Below are positions 62,301-64,000 of a stretch of 64,000 nucleotides of DNA, one piece after another. The notes below the pieces were generated by a model. The model was not told where the DNA came from, did not search any database, and worked only from the letters and a program-made list of their open reading frames with translations. This DNA is from Mobula hypostoma. Taxonomy: Eukaryota. Both the position numbers and the translations under genes were made by a program. Each line of letters starts with the position of its first letter. Position 1 is the first letter of the stretch. The stretch covers positions 7,752,001 through 7,816,000 of the forward strand of contig NC_086101.1 of NCBI RefSeq assembly GCF_963921235.1, in the 5' to 3' direction.

Positions 62301-64000
62301 GACTGTAGGAAGTGGGGAGGGGCGGTTGTGAGATGGTGCACGTCCTACTATTTGCAGCGTATTACAGAGGTCGAGTTCATAGGAGTGAATATCACCAGTA
62401 GCCCGTCCTTTCTAACCACACACACCACAGGCAAGAACGCTCATCAGTGCTTCTACTTCCTCAGGCTGCTAGTGAAATTTGGCTAGTCCCATTTCACCCT
62501 CACGCCATTTTTATAAAAGTTGACACACCAGAGAAAGCACATTATCCAATACAGTAGGGCTTGCTACAGAAACGACTCTGTCCAGGACGGCGAGAAACTG
62601 GACAGGTTTGTGGACGCTGCTCAGCACATCACGGAAAATAGCCTCTCCTCAGAGGACTCTGTCTGCAGTGAACAGAATCAAAGACCCCAACCGCCCGAGA
62701 CATCCGCTCTCCACCCTCTCCCATTGCTCTGAAGATACAAAATCCTGAAAGCACGTACTACCAGACCCAAAGACAGCTTCTATCCCTCTGTTATAACTGA
62801 ACGGTCCCGGAGAACGATAACTAACTTACTGCCGGTTACGCTGCTGGAGTTTCAGGGCAGCAATGAAGGTCCTGCATCTCCGGCTGTGTCCAGGGCTTCC
62901 TTCATCATGCCAGCAGCTTCCTCCTGGTTTTCACTACAGTCAGCCCTGCAATCCCGGGTGGAGACTCAGGAATACCGTCACACACAAAGTAGGATTCTTC
63001 ATTGCTGTTTTCATAACTTCTGTTTGACAGTCAGGGTTATTAGCCGAACACCACCCCCCCACTACCCCACAAACTTGGAAGGCCGGTGGATCCCTCTTAC
63101 TCTGGCCTCTACCCTTTGACTTGTTTGACATGGGTAACCCTTCCAAGAGCCAAAGCACAAAGCCCTGACTCCAGCCAACATAGCTCTCCGGGTCACTGAG
63201 GCACACCGGCCTCCAAACCACGACAAGGCTGTGGTCCTCTCGGAGGCTAGCATGATAAGATCTAGTCTTTAACCTCACGATCTATCTTGCTATGGCCTTC
63301 CACCTTATTGTCTGCCTGCACTACACTTTATTCTGCATTCTGTTAACTGCTTCTCCCTTGTAACAGCGACGCACCGATGTGATGACATTATCTATACAGA
63401 TGGTTTACAAAACAAAGGCTTTCACTTTGCCTCAGAGACAATAATAAACCATTTACAATGTTGGCCACCTAACCACTTGCCTTCTCAATGCTGAGAAGCT
63501 GGTGTACAGAGATCCCCTGGTCCTGCAGAACACCGATGTGGTTGTATCGCGGACTGGTCTGGAAACACCAATGCCTATGAACAGACAAGTCTACAGAAAG
63601 TGGAGGACACAGCCCAGACCATCAGAGGAACAGATCCCCCCACCACCACTGAGCACATCTACGAGGAGCACTGCCGCAAGAAAGCAGCATCAATGACACC
63701 CCCCTCCCTCCCACCATCCAGGCCATGCTCTCTTCTTGCTAGACGTATAAAATCCTTTGGCCCCACACCACCAGGTTCATCAACAATTATCACCCTACAC
63801 CCATCAAGCTCCTGAATGAGTGTTGATAACTTCACTCACCTCAACACTGAACTGACTCCACAACCTATGCACTCTACAACTCAGTGTTATTTATTTATTT
63901 TTAACCAGCATGATTTCTCTTCTCAATGTTGGTTGTTCATCAGTCTTTATTTATAGTTTTTCATAAATCTTACTGTACTTCTTCTTTCCTGTAACTGCCT

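Larger units (their letters stand above)
49640..64000 (+). repeat. Segmental duplication, copy B (contains the Tx1 insertion; runs off the window end)
   Basis: Colinear with 5138-14072; offset about 44.5 kb before the Tx1 and about 49.6-49.9 kb after it. Confidence 0.97.

Overview
Vertebrate genomic DNA, most likely a cartilaginous fish (shark/ray; inferred from the CR1/V-SINE/Penelope repeat content and the TRIM type). Most of the window is transposon-derived: CR1 LINEs including one full-length copy, Rex1/Babar, L1, a near-intact Tx1-clade L1, Penelope remnants, SINEs and mariner/Tc1 remnants. One complete, apparently intact six-exon gene is present on the + strand: a RING/B-box/coiled-coil/PRY-SPRY TRIM (28599-37593, 471 aa after splicing). 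It has an ISRE-like motif just upstream of the ATG and a CpG-rich B30.2 exon. A CpG island at about 18.9-19.3 kb carries a probable first coding exon (signal-peptide-like) of a second, unidentified gene on the - strand, head-to-head with the TRIM. About 9 kb (5.1-14.1 kb) recurs as a high-identity direct copy from about 49.6 kb to the window end, bracketing the TRIM gene and suggesting a ~45-50 kb tandem unit of a TRIM array. The second copy carries a 5.1-kb Tx1 element with a ZCCHC3-like ORF1, and its empty target site is visible in the first copy. I found no clearly novel biological system; family assignments come from motif recognition, not database searches.
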